Origin: Hemiscyllium ocellatum
Lineage: Eukaryota
Direction: 5' to 3'
NCBI RefSeq assembly: GCF_020745735.1
Contig: NW_026867498.1
Location: 310,001-374,000, forward strand
DNA: 64,000 nucleotides
This document shows positions 1 through 11,129 of the stretch, in pieces. The position numbers and the translations under genes are program-made. The first letter of the stretch is position 1. Each line of letters opens with the position of its first letter. A model generated the notes under the pieces. The model was given only the letters and a program-made list of their open reading frames with translations, did no database searches and was not told the DNA's origin.

Positions 1-2410
1 GGGATGAGTGAGGGTCTAGGAGCTGAATATTGGTTAGGGGTGGATCAGCGTCAACGGGTTAGGTATTGGTTGGGGTGGGCTATGGTCAAGGCATTGGGTA
101 TTGGTTTGGGCAGTGGGTTAGGGTCTAAGCATTGGGTATTGGTTTGGGGTGGGACCGGGTCTTGGTGTTAGGTTATGGTTGGAGTGATGGGTTAGGGCCT
201 AGGCTTTGGATATTAGATGGGAGAATGGGTGAGGGTCTAGGTTTTGGATATTGGATGTAGGTGGGTTAAGGTCAAAGTGTTAGGTGTTGGTTGGGGTGAT
301 GGGTTAGGGTCTAGGATTTGGGTATTGGTTGAGACGTGGCTTAGGGTCTAGGGCTTGGGTGTTGGTTGTGGGTGAGAGTCAAAGGTTTATGTATGGTTGG
401 GGGGTGGGTCAGGATCCATGAGTAGGATATTGGTTGGGTGTGTGTTAGGGTCTAGGGGAAGGTTATTGAATGAGGTTGGGTATTGGATGGGGGTGGGTTA
501 GGGTCACGGGTTGGGTATTGGTTAGCAGTGGGCTAGGGTCTAGGCATTGGCATTGGTAGGGGGATGCATTCTGGTCTCAGTTTGGGTGTTGGTTGGGGAG
601 TGTTACCATCTATGGGTTGGGGGTGGTTAGGGTCTAGGGTTTGGGTATTGGATGGAGGGTGGTTAGTGTTTAGGGGTTGGGATTTGGTTGGGGATGAATT
701 AGGGTCAAGGGAATGGTTATAAATTAAGGAGTGTGTTAGGAGCTAGGGGTTGTGACAATTGGTTTGGGGTGGTTTAGGGTTTGGGTATTAGATGGGGGTG
801 GGTTAAGGTCTAGGGTTTGGGACTTGGTGAAGGTGGGTTAGGGTCTAGGGTTTGGGAATTAGTGAAGGTGGGTTGGGGTCTAGGGGTTGGGCATTGGAGG
901 GGGTGGGTTAGGGTCTAGGGTTGGGAATTGGAGGGGGTGGGTTAGGGTCTAGGGTTGGGAATTGGAGGGGGTGGGTTAGGGTCTAGGGGTTGGCAATTGG
1001 AGGGGATGGATTGGGGTCTAGGGGTTGGCAATTGGAAGTGGGTGGGTTAGGGTCTAGGGTTTGGGAATTGGAGGGGGTGGGTTGAGGTCTAGGGGTTGGG
1101 AATTGGGGGCGGGTTAGAGTCTAGGGGTGGGGAATTGGAGGGGGTGGGTTGAGGTCTAGGGGTTGGGAATTGGGGGTGGGTTAGAGTCTAGGGGTGGGGA
1201 ATTGGAGGGGGTGGATTAAAGCCTAGGGGTTGGGAATTGGGGTGGGTTAGGGTCTGGGAGGGGGAATTGGAGGGGGTGGATTAGGGTCTAGGTGTTGGGA
1301 ATTGGAGGGGGTGGATTAGGGTGTAAAGGGGGTATTGGATTGGGAGTTGGTTAGGGTGTAGAGGTGGTGTTGGATTGGGAGTGGGTTAGGGTGTAGAGGG
1401 GGTGGTTAGGGTGTGGAGGGGGTATTGGATTGGGAGTGGGTTAGGGTGTGGAGGGGATATTGGATTGGGAGTGGGTTAAGGTACAGAGTGGTATTGGATT
1501 GGAGGTGGTTAGGGTGTGGAGGGGGTATTGGATTGGGAGTGGGTTAGGGTGTGGGGGGGTATTGGATTGCGGGTGGGTTAGGGTGTAGAGGGGGTATTGG
1601 TTGGAGGGGAAGGTTAGGGACTTGGGGATGGGAATTAGATTGGGGTGGGTTAGGGTGTAGAGGGGGTATTGTATTGGGAGTGGGTTAGGGTGTAGAGGGG
1701 GTATTGGTTGGGGGAAGGATAGGGTCTAGGGTTTGGGTATTGGTTCGGAGAGTGGGTTAGGGTTTAGGGGTGTATTGGATGGGGGTGGGTTAGGGTCTGG
1801 GGATATTGGTTGGGACAGAGGGTTAGGGTCTGGGGGTATTGGATGGAGGTGGGTTAGGATCTAGGGTTTGGGTATCGGTTGGGAGAGTGGGATAGGGTCT
1901 AGGGGTGTATTGGATGGGGGTGGGTTAGGGTCTAGGGTTTGGGTATCAGTTGGGAGAGTGGGTTAGGGTCTAGGGGTGTATTGGATGGGGGTGGGTTAGG
2001 GTCTAGGGTTTGGGTATCAGTTGGGAGAGTGGGTTAGGGTCTGGCGTATTGGATGGGGGTGTGTTAGGGTCTAGGATTTAGGTATTGGATGGGAGAGTGG
2101 GTTAGGATGTGGGGGTATTGGATGGGGATGGGTTAGGGTCTAGGGGGGTATTGGATGGGAGAGTGGGTTAGGATGTGGGGGTATTGGATGGGGATGGGTT
2201 AGGGTCTAGGGTTTGGGTATTGGTTGGGAGAGTGGGTTAAGGTCTGGGGGTATTGGATGGGGGTGGGTTAGGGTCTAGGGGGGTATTGGATGGGAGAGTG
2301 GGTTAGGGTGTGGGGGGTATTGGATGGGGATGGGTTAGGGTCTAGGGTTTGGGTATTGGTTGGGAGAATGGGTTAGGGTCTGGGGGTATTGGATGGGGGT
2401 GGGTTAGGGG
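1..2410 (+). repeat. G-rich telomere-like degenerate minisatellite (intron before A1)
   Basis: Units such as gggttagggtctagggtttgggtattggatgggggt; C is almost absent on the + strand. Confidence 0.9.
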
Positions 2411-2585
2411 CTTGGTGAACAGACACAGTTACTCAGATGGAATCGTTGATGGGGAATATTCCTCCTGGAGTGACCTTCTCCATCATGTTGGGTTTGGGGG
2501 AAGGGTGAAGTTGGGTGTATTTCCCAGTAACTACATTCCCTCCTGGGGAGTGCTGTTTGAATGGGATCTTCCTGTGCCACTGCAG

Positions 2586-2924
2586 CCCAGCTTTGGAAGC
2601 AGCCCTCTGTCCAGATGCTGGTGATGGAGACGGAGGACGAGGACGAGGAGGGAGAGCTCCCTGGCAGCGGGAACACTACGCTGGCCTGCTTCGTGTCTGG
2701 CTTCTACCCGGGAGATGTCTACCTGAGCTGGAGGAGCCAGGGCCGGGAGCTCTCTGAGGGAGTGACTACTTTCCCAGTAACACCAGACCCTCATGGGACC
2801 TTCCACACAGTCAGCCAGCTCTCTGTGCCATCCCGAGACTGGCACAGTGGGTATAACTTCACCTGCCTGGTGGGACACCAGGCCCTGGAAGGGCTGAAGG
2901 AGACTCAGCTCCGGAAGGATTCAG
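2586..2924 (+). CDS. Ig C1-set domain exon, type A, copy A1 (AQLWKQPSVQMLVMETEDEDEEGELPGSGNTTLACFVSGFYPGDVYLSW...FTCLVGHQALEGLKETQLRKDS)
   Basis: Acceptor ccactgcag| at 2585/2586 and donor cag|gtatag at 2924/2925. 339 nt, phase 1-1, open. Canonical C1 motifs: TLAC-x-VSGFYP-x-DV-x-LSW and FTC-x-V-x-H. Sequons NTT and NFT. Confidence 0.93.
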
Positions 2925-2979
2925 GTATAGTGGCATCGTGGCCAGAGGCAAATCCTCAAGGAAGGACAGTGTCAATGCT

Positions 2980-3420
2980 GTCTCTCCCACTCCTCCACTC
3001 ACACTCTCACTCACTCTCCCATTCCCTAACTCACTCCCCCACTCCCTTACTGACTCCCTCACTCACTCCCTCACTCACTCTCTCACCCTCTCAACTTACT
3101 CACCCCCTCATTCCTTCCCTCACTCACTCATTCACCCCCTCATTCCTTCCCTCACTCACTCATTCACCCCCTCACTCCATCACTCTCTCATCCCTTCACC
3201 GTTCATTCCCTCACTCCCGCATTCTCTCGCTCACTCATCTCCTCACTCACACCCTCACTCCCTCCCTCACCCCTTCACTCTCTCCCTCACTTCCTCACTC
3301 ACTCACTCCCTCACTACCTGAGTCATTACCTCAGTCACTCACTCACTCCTTCACTCATGCCTGCACTCCCTCCCTCCTTGACTCACTCGCGCACTCACTC
3401 ACACCCACTCCTTCCCCCTG
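2980..3420 (+). repeat. (TCAC)n/(TCCC)n low-complexity tract after exon A (paralogues about 8785-9265, 14830-15240, 21680-22085, 26635-26885)
   Basis: Direct inspection. Confidence 0.85.
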
Positions 3421-3574
3421 CCATCCCTCTTCCTGACACAGTCTGAGCCAAACACCCTTCACATTCCCCTCCAATGGAGTTGCACTCTCCCTGCTCCATT
3501 CCCGGTTTCCCCTCAATCCCAAGTTCCCAGCTCTTCACCTCTCAGCCAGCATCTTCCATGTTAGATATTCCGAG

Positions 3575-4560
3575 TTCTGTGCACCGTTTCCCTCTCGCTC
3601 GGTCAGACTCACACTCGGAGCACCGTGCACAGTTCCCGTCTCTGTATCCCTCGGTTAGACCCACTTTCCGAGTACTGTGCACTGTTCCCGTCTCTGTATC
3701 CTTTGGTTAGACCCACACTCGGAGCACCGTGCACAGTTCCCGTCTCTGTATCCCTCTGTCAGACCCACACTCGGAGTGCCATACACAGTGTCTGTCTCCG
3801 TATCTCTCGGTCAGACCAACACTCGGAGCTCAGTGGACCATTCCTGTCTCTATTTCCCTTGATCTGACACACACTTGGAACGCCCTGCACAGTTCCCGTC
3901 TCACTATCCCTCGGTCAGACCCACAAAGAGAGCACCGTGCACAGTTCCAATTTAACTAACCCTCAGTCAGATCAACACTCGGCACACCGTGCACAGTTCC
4001 CGTCTCTCTATCCCTCAGTTAGACCCACACTCACAGCACTGTTCACAGTTTCTGTCTCTCTATCCCTCAGCCAGACCCACACTCGGAGCACTGTGCACAG
4101 TATCCGTCTCTCTGTCCCTCAGTTAGATCCACACTCGGAGCACTGTGCACAGTTTCTGTCTGTCTATCTCTCAGTTAGACCCACACTCGGAGCACCGTGC
4201 ACAGTTCCCATCTCTCTATCCCTCAGTTAGACGCACACTCACAGCACTATGCACAGTTTCTGTCTCTATCCCTCAGTTAGACCCACACTTGGAGCGACGT
4301 GCACAGTTTCCGTCTCCGTAACCCTCGGTCAGACCAAACCTGGAGAACCGTGCATAGTTCCCATCTCTGTATCCCTCAGCCAGACCCACATTTGGAGCAC
4401 AGTGCACAATTCTTGTCTTTGTATCCCTCGGTCAGACCAAACCCGGAGCACAGTGCACGGTTCCCATCTCCGTATTCCTTGGTCAGACCAAACCCGGAGT
4501 ACCGTGCACAGTTTCCATCTCCGTATTCCTTGGTCAGACCCAGACTGGGAGCATCGTGAG
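3575..4560 (+). repeat. 52-bp minisatellite actcggagcaccgtgcacagttcccgtctctgtatccctcggtcagacccac (paralogues about 9420-10155, 15395-15970, 22240-22975)
   Basis: Marker ctcggag/ttccgag recurs at 3614, 3666 and 3718 (period 52). Copy number differs between gene-repeat units. Confidence 0.9.
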
Positions 4561-4609
4561 CAGTTACTGTATCCGTATCTTTCACTGACACCCACACTGG
4601 GAGAACCAG

Positions 4610-4842
4610 GCACTCTCTCTCTCTCTCTCTCTGGCGCTCTCTCTGGCTCTCGCTCTGGAGCGCTCTCTCTGGCTCGCTGTCTGTCTGTCTCTCTGGCTCA
4701 CTCTCTCTGGCGCTCTCTTTGGCACTCTCTCTGGCCTTTGTTCTGGCTCTCGCTCTGGTGCTCTCCCTCTGGCGCTCTCTCTGGTTCTCGCTATGGCACT
4801 GTCTTTCTGGTGCTCTCTCTGGCGCGCTCTCTTGCTGGCTCG

Positions 4843-4873
<31 letters not shown>

Positions 4874-5121
4874 GCTCTCTGTCTCTCTCTGCCCCTCTCT
4901 CTGGTTCTCTCTTTCTCTCTCTCTGGCTCTATCTCTATCTCTACCTCTCTCTCTTGTTCTATTTCAATCTCTCTCTCTCAATTACTCTCTCTATCTCTGT
5001 TTATATCTCTCTCTGTCTCTCCCTCTCTCTCAATCCCTCCCTCTCTCTCAATCCCTTTCTCTCTCTCTCTCAATCTCTACCTCTCTTTGACTCTCTCTCA
5101 ATCTCCCTCTCTCTCTCTCAG
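4610..5121 (+). repeat. CT-rich microsatellite (ctctctctgg)n forming the acceptor tract of exon B (paralogues about 10205-10791, 16015-16636, 23025-23699)
   Basis: Direct inspection. Confidence 0.88.
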
Positions 5122-5442
5122 CTTCTGTCTCCGTCCGACATCCATCTCTCCGAGTGATCCCTCCATCTATCCGGGAGATGGTGACCAAGCGGACTGCGAC
5201 TCTGCACTGCGTAGCCACCCTGTTCATCCCTGAGCCCATCACCTTGCTCTGGAAGGCTCAGGGACTGGAGGTTCCCGGGTCTTCCCGGATCCTAGTACCA
5301 ACTGCCAATGAGGATGGTAGCTACAGTGCCCGGAATGAGTTAACGTTGGCACGGAAGGACTGGGAGGCAGGGACCAGTTACAGCTGTCAGCTTGCAAATG
5401 CACAGTCCGATCCCATAAGCACCACTCTTCATGTGGCAGACG
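5122..5442 (+). CDS. Ig C1-set domain exon, type B, copy B1 (SVSVRHPSLRVIPPSIREMVTKRTATLHCVATLFIPEPITLLW...DWEAGTSYSCQLANAQSDPISTTLHVAD)
   Basis: Long pyrimidine tract then ctcag| at 5121/5122; donor cg|gtgag at 5442/5443. 321 nt, phase 1-1, open. Contains PS-x-x-VIPPS...ATLHC...F-x-P...I-x-L-x-W...DGSYS...DW...YSC, similar to Ig CL/CH domains. Confidence 0.92.
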
Positions 5443-5459
5443 GTGAGCTTGGGGCAATG

Positions 5460-8215
5460 AGGTCAGGGGTGGGTCAATCTGGAGGGAGGGTATTGGATGG
5501 GAGAGTGGGTTAGGGTCTCAATGGAGGTTATGGGATAGGGCAGCGGCAGAGTCTAGAGGAAGGGTATTCGATGTGGGGGGGATAGTGATGGTCCAGAGCG
5601 GGTGTATTAGACGTGGGTTGGGTTAGGATCAGAGGGAGGGTATTCAATGGGAGATGGTGCGAAGTCTAGGGGAGTATACAGTGGGGGGTCCAGGAGCTAG
5701 AGGGAAGGTAGTGTCTCGGGTGGGTGTTTGATGGGAAGGTGGGTATGGGCCAGGAGAAGGTAATTCAATCAGTGGTTACGGTATAGAGGGGTGGCATTTG
5801 ATGGGGGTAGGGTTATGGTCTCTAGAGGGTATTTGATGGGGAGGTGGGACAGGATCTTGAGGTGTTATTCAACAGGGGCTATGGTCTAGAGGGGGCTATT
5901 GGAAGGGGTTATGCTCTGTGTGGAGGTTTTACTGGGGTATAGATGGGGTATTGGATGGGTTAGGGTGTAGACAGGGGTAAAGAATGGGGATAGTGTCCGG
6001 GGTATTAGATGTTGGTGTTTTATAGTATAGAGGGGGTGTTGGATTGAGGTGGTTAGGGTATAGAGGGGAGTATTGGTTTGCTGTTGGTTTAGGATCGAGG
6101 AGATAGTTATTTGTTGGAGTGGGTTATGGTCTAGGGGTTGGGGTTTGGATGAGGCATGGGTTAGCGTCTGGTGATTGGGTAGTGGGTGAGGGTGGGTTAG
6201 AGTCTAGGAATTGCATATAGGTTGGGGAGGAATAGGGTCTGGGGGTTGGGTGTTAGTTGGGGAAAGGGTTAGGGTGTGGGGGTATTGGTTGGGGAATGGG
6301 TTAGGCTCTAGGGTTGAGATACTGGAGGGGTGAGTTTGGGTGCAGGAGTTGGATTTTAGTTAGGGGTGGGTTACGGTGTAGAGGGGTATTGGTTGTAGAA
6401 TGGGTTAGGGTCTAGGATTTACATATTTGATAGGGAGGGTTTGGGTGTCGGAGTTGGGTATTGGATGGGGTGTGAGTTAGGGTCTAGGTATTGGGGATTG
6501 GATGGGGTTTGGTTTGGGTGCAGAGGGGTATTGGTTGGGGGTGGGTTCAGGTCTAGGTGTCGGTTATATTTGGGTGGGTTAGTGTTTCCGGGTTGTGTAT
6601 TGGACAGAGAGTGTATTAGGGATTAGGGGTTGGGTACGGGATGTGAGAGTGTGTTAGGCTTTAGGGGTTGGGTATTGGACGGAGAGTGGGCTAGGGTTTA
6701 GGGGTTGGGTATTGGATGGGGAGTGGGTTGGGGATTAGGGGTTGGGTATTGGACGGAGAGTGGGTTAGGGTTTAGGGGTTGGGTATTGGATGGGGAGTGG
6801 GTTAGGGTTTAGGGGTTGTGTATTGGACGGGGAGTGGGTTAGGGTTTAGGGGTTGTGTATTGGATGGGGAGTGGGTTAGGGATTAGGGGTTGGGTATTGG
6901 ATGGAGAGTGTGTTAGGCTTTAGGGGTTGGGTTTTGGACGGGGAGTGGGTTAGGGTTAGGGGTTGGGTATTGGATAGAGAGTGGGTTAGGGTTTAGGGGT
7001 TGTGTATTGGATGGGGAGTGTGTTAGGCTTTAGGGGTTGGGTTTTGGACGGGGAGTGGGTTAGGGTTTAGGGGTTGTGTATTGGATGGAGAGTGGGTTAG
7101 GGTTTAGTGGTTGGGTATTGGATGGGGAGTGGGTTAGGGTTTAGGGGTTGGGTATTGGATGGGGAGTGGGTTAGGGTTTAGGGGTTGGGTATTGGATGGG
7201 GAGTGGGTTAGGGATTAGGGGTTGGGTATTGGATGGGGAGTGGGTTAGGGTTTAGGGGTTGGGTATTGGATGTGGAGTGGGTTAGGGATGAGGGGTTGGG
7301 TATTGGATGGGGAGTGGGATAGGGATGAGGGGTTGGGTATTGGATGGGGAGTGGGTTAGGGTTTAGGGGTTGGATATTGGATGGGGAGTGGGTTAGGGAT
7401 TAGGGGTTGGGTATTTGAAGGGGGGGTGGGTTAGGGTTTAGGGGTTGTGTATTGGATGGGGAGTGGGTTAGGGTTTAGGGGTTGGATATTGGATGGGGAG
7501 TGGGTTAGGGATTAGGGATTGGATATTGGATGGGGAGTGGGTTGTGGATTAGGGTTTGGGTATTGGATGGGGAGTGGGTTAGGGTTTAGGGGTTGGGTAT
7601 TGGATGGGGAGTGGGTTAGGGTTTAGGGGTTTGGTATTGGATGGGGAGTGGGTTAGGGATTAGGGGTTGGGTATTGGATGGGGAGTGGGTTAAGGATGAG
7701 GGCTTGGGTGTTGGATGGTGAGTGGGTCAGGGTTTAGGGGTTGGGTATTGGATGGGGAATGGGTTAGGGATGAGGGGTTGGGTATTGGATGTGGAGTGGG
7801 TTAGGGATGAGGGGTTGGGTATTGGATCGGGAGTGGGTTAGGGTTTAGGGGTTGGGTATTGGATGGGGGTGGGTTGGGGATTAGGGGTTGGGTATTGGAT
7901 GGGGAGTGGGTTAGGGGTGAGGGCGTGGGTATTGGATGGGGAGTGGGTTAGGGTTTAGGGGTTGTTTGTTGGATGGGGAGTGGGTTAGGGTTTAGGGGTT
8001 GGGTGTTGGATGTGGAGTGGGTTAGGGTTTAGGGGTTGGGTATTGGATGGGGTGTGGGTTAGGGTTTAGGGGTTGTGTATTGGATGGGGAGTGGGTTAAG
8101 GTTTAGGGGTTGTGTATTGGATGGGGAGTGGGTTAGGGATTAGGGGTTGTGTATTGGTTGGCGGGTTGGTTAGGCTCTTTGAGGGTATTGAATGGAGGGT
8201 TGGGTTAGGGGCTGG
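5460..8215 (+). repeat. G-rich intronic minisatellite, 37-bp unit gggttagggtttaggggttgggtattggatggggagt (B1-A2 intron)
   Basis: Diverged G-rich 5' part, then a homogeneous 37-bp array from about 6640. Confidence 0.92.
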
Positions 8216-8394
8216 GAGAGCTGACGTCGTAACCTGGACATGATAACTGATGGGGAATATTCCTGCTGGAGTGACCCTCTCCATCACGTTGGGGTGTTGG
8301 TGAGGGGGAAGACGGGAGTTGGGTGTACTACCTCGTAACTACATTCAACTCCTGGAGGGAGGCATTTCAATGGGATCTTCCTGTGCCACTGCAG

Positions 8395-8727
8395 CCCAGC
8401 TTTGGAAGCAGCCCTCTGTCCAGATGCTGGTGATGGAGACCGAGGACGAGGAGGGAGAGCTCCCTGGCAGCGGGAACACTACGCTGGCCTGCTTCGTGTC
8501 TGGCTTCTACCCGGGAGATGTCTACTTGAGCTGGAGGAGCCAGGGCCGGGAGCTCTCTGAGGGAGTGACTACTTTCCCAGTCACACCAGACCCTCATGGG
8601 ACCTTCCACACAGTCAGCCAGCTCTCTGTGCCATCCCGAGACTGGCTCAGTGGGTATAACTTCACCTGCCTGGTGGGACACCAGGCCCTGGAAGGGCTGA
8701 AGGAGACTCAGCTCCGGAAGGATTCAG
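8395..8727 (+). CDS. Ig C1-set domain exon A2
   Basis: Same splice sites as A1. 333 nt (acidic loop 6 nt shorter), open frame, DWL variant. Confidence 0.93.
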
Positions 8728-10791
8728 GTATAGTGGCATCGTGGCCAGTGGCAAATCCTCAAGGAAGGACAGTGTCAATGCTGTCTCTCCCACTCCTCCA
8801 CTCACACTCTCACTCACTCTCCCATTCCATAACTCACTCCCCCACTCCCTCACTGACTCCCTCACTGACTCCCTCACTCACTCCCTCACTCACTCCCTCA
8901 CTCACTCCCTCAATCTCTCACTCACTTTCTCACTCACTCACTCTCTCACTCACCCTCTCACTTACTCTCCCCCTCATTCCTTCCCTCCCTCACTCATTCA
9001 CCCCCTCACTCCATCACTCTCTCATCCCTTCACCGTTCATTCCCTCACTCCCGTATTCCCTCGCTCACTCACCTCTTCACTCACACCCTCACTCCCTCCC
9101 TCACCCCTTCACTCTCTCCCTTACTCTCTCCCTCATTCCTAACTCAGTCCCTCACCACCTGAGTCATTACCTCAGTCACTCACTCACTCACTCCTTCACT
9201 CGTGCCTGCACTCCCTCCCTCCCTGACTCACTCGCGCACTCACTCACTCCCACTCCTTCCTCTGCCATCCCTCTTCCTGACGCAGTCTGAGCCAAACGCC
9301 CTTCACATTCCCCTCCAATGGAGTTACACTCTCCCTGCTCCATTCCCGGTTTCCCCTCAATCCCAAGTTCCCAGCTCTTCACCTCTCAGCCAGCATCTTC
9401 CATGTTAGATATTCCGAGTTCTGTGCACCGTTTCCCTCTCGCTCTCGCTCGGTCAGACTCACACTCGGAGCACTGTGCACAGTTCCCGTCTCTGTATCCC
9501 TCGGTCAGACTCACTTTCCGAGTACTGTGCACTGTTCCCATCTCTGTATCCTTTGGTTAGACCCACACTCAGAGCACCGTGCACAGTTCCCGTCTCTCTA
9601 TCCCACTGTCAGACCCACTCTCGGAGCACCGTGCACAGTTCCTGTCTCTGTATCCCTCTGTCAGACCCACACTCGGAGTGCCATGCACAGTATCTGTCTC
9701 CGTATCTCTCGGTCAGACCAACACTCGGAGCTCAGTGGACCATTCCTGTCTCTATTTCCCTTGATCTGACACACACTTGGAATGCCCTGCACAGTTCCTG
9801 TCTCACTATCCCTCGGTCAGACCCACAAAGAGAGCACCGTGCACAGTTCCAATTTAACTAACCCTCAGTCAGATCAACACTCGGAGCACCGTGCACAGTT
9901 CCCGTCTCTCTATCCCTCAGTTAGACCCACACTTGGAGCACCGTGCACAGTTTCCGTCTCCGTAACCCTCGGTCAGACCAAACCTGGAGCATCATGCATA
10001 GTTCCCATCTCTGTATCCCTCAGTCAGACCCACATTTGGAGCACAGTGCACAATTCTTGTCTCTGTATATCTCGTTCAGACCAAACCCGGAGCACCGTGC
10101 ACAGTTCCCATCTCTGTATCCCTTGGTGAGACCCAGACTGGGAGCACCGTGAGCAGTTTCTGTATCCGTATCTTTCACTGACACCCACACTGGGAGAACC
10201 AGGCGCTCTCTCTGGCTCTCTTTCTCTCGCTCTGGCTCTCTTTCTCTGGCTCTTGCTCTGGCTCTCTCTCTCTCTCTGGTGTTCGCTCTGACTCTTTCTC
10301 CATCTGGCGCTCTCTCTGGCTTTTTCTTTGGATCTCACTCTGGCTCTCGCTCAGGTGCTCTCTCTCTGGCTCGCTGTCTGTCTCTCTCTCTCTCTGGCTC
10401 TCGCTCTGGCTCTTCTCTGGCTCTCGCTCTGGCTCTCAATCTCTCTCTGGCGCTCTCTCTGGCCCTCGTTATGGCTCTCGCTCTGGTGCTCTCCCTCTGG
10501 CGCTCTCTCTGGCTCTCTCTCTGGTGCTCTCTCTGGAGCGCTCTCTCTCTGGTTCGCTCTCTGTCTCTCTCTCTCTCTCGCTCTGGTGCTCTCTCTGCTT
10601 CTCTCTCTGGCTCTATCTCTATCTCTAATTCTCTCTCTCGTGTTCTATCTCTATCTCAATCTCTCTCTCTCTCAATTTCTCTCTCTATCCCTGTTTATCT
10701 CTCTCTCTGTCTCTCCATCTCTCAATCCCTTCCTCTCTCTCAATCTCTACCTCTCTCTGACTCTCTCTCAATCTCCCTCTCTCTCTCTCAG

Positions 10792-11112
10792 CTTCTGTCT
10801 CCGTCCGACATCCATCTCTCCGAGTGATCCCTCCATCTATCCGGGAGATGGTGACCAAGCGGACTGCGACTCTGCACTGCGTAGCCACCCTGTTCATCCC
10901 TGAGCCCATCACCTTGCTCTGGAAGGCTCAGGGACTGGAGGTTCCCGGGTCTTCCCGGATCCTGGTACCAACTGCCAATGAGGATGGTAGCTACAGTGCC
11001 CAGAATGAGTTAACGTTGGCACGGAAGGACTGGGAGGCAGGGACCAGTTACAGCTGTCAGCTTGCAAATGCACAGTCCGATCCCATAAGCACCACTCTTC
11101 ATGTGGCAGACG
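10792..11112 (+). CDS. Ig C1-set domain exon B2
   Basis: Same splice sites as B1. 321 nt, open; SAQNEL in place of SARNEL. Confidence 0.92.
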
Positions 11113-11129
11113 GTGAGCTTGGGACAATG

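Noticed and set aside
2561-2585. ATG at 2561 (MGSSCATA..., and equivalents in each unit) as a start codon
   Set aside because: It lies in the acceptor region of an internal exon, has no signal peptide and recurs in every unit.
2531-2878. Antisense ORFs over exons A and B (MSHQAGEVIPT..., MPQAHRLPHEE...)
   Set aside because: Shadows of the sense C1 exons; no independent protein features.
3575-4560. CACAGT(T/G) heptamer-like motifs in the 52-bp minisatellite and CACAGTG in exon A (2843-2849) as RAG RSS
   Set aside because: No ACAAAAACC-like nonamer at 12- or 23-bp spacing in the copies I checked.
4249-5233. Hydrophobic Leu/Ser-rich ORFs upstream of B exons (also 10279-10903, 16100-16483, 23066-23811)
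   Set aside because: Products of (CT)n microsatellites; frame and length are not conserved among the four copies.
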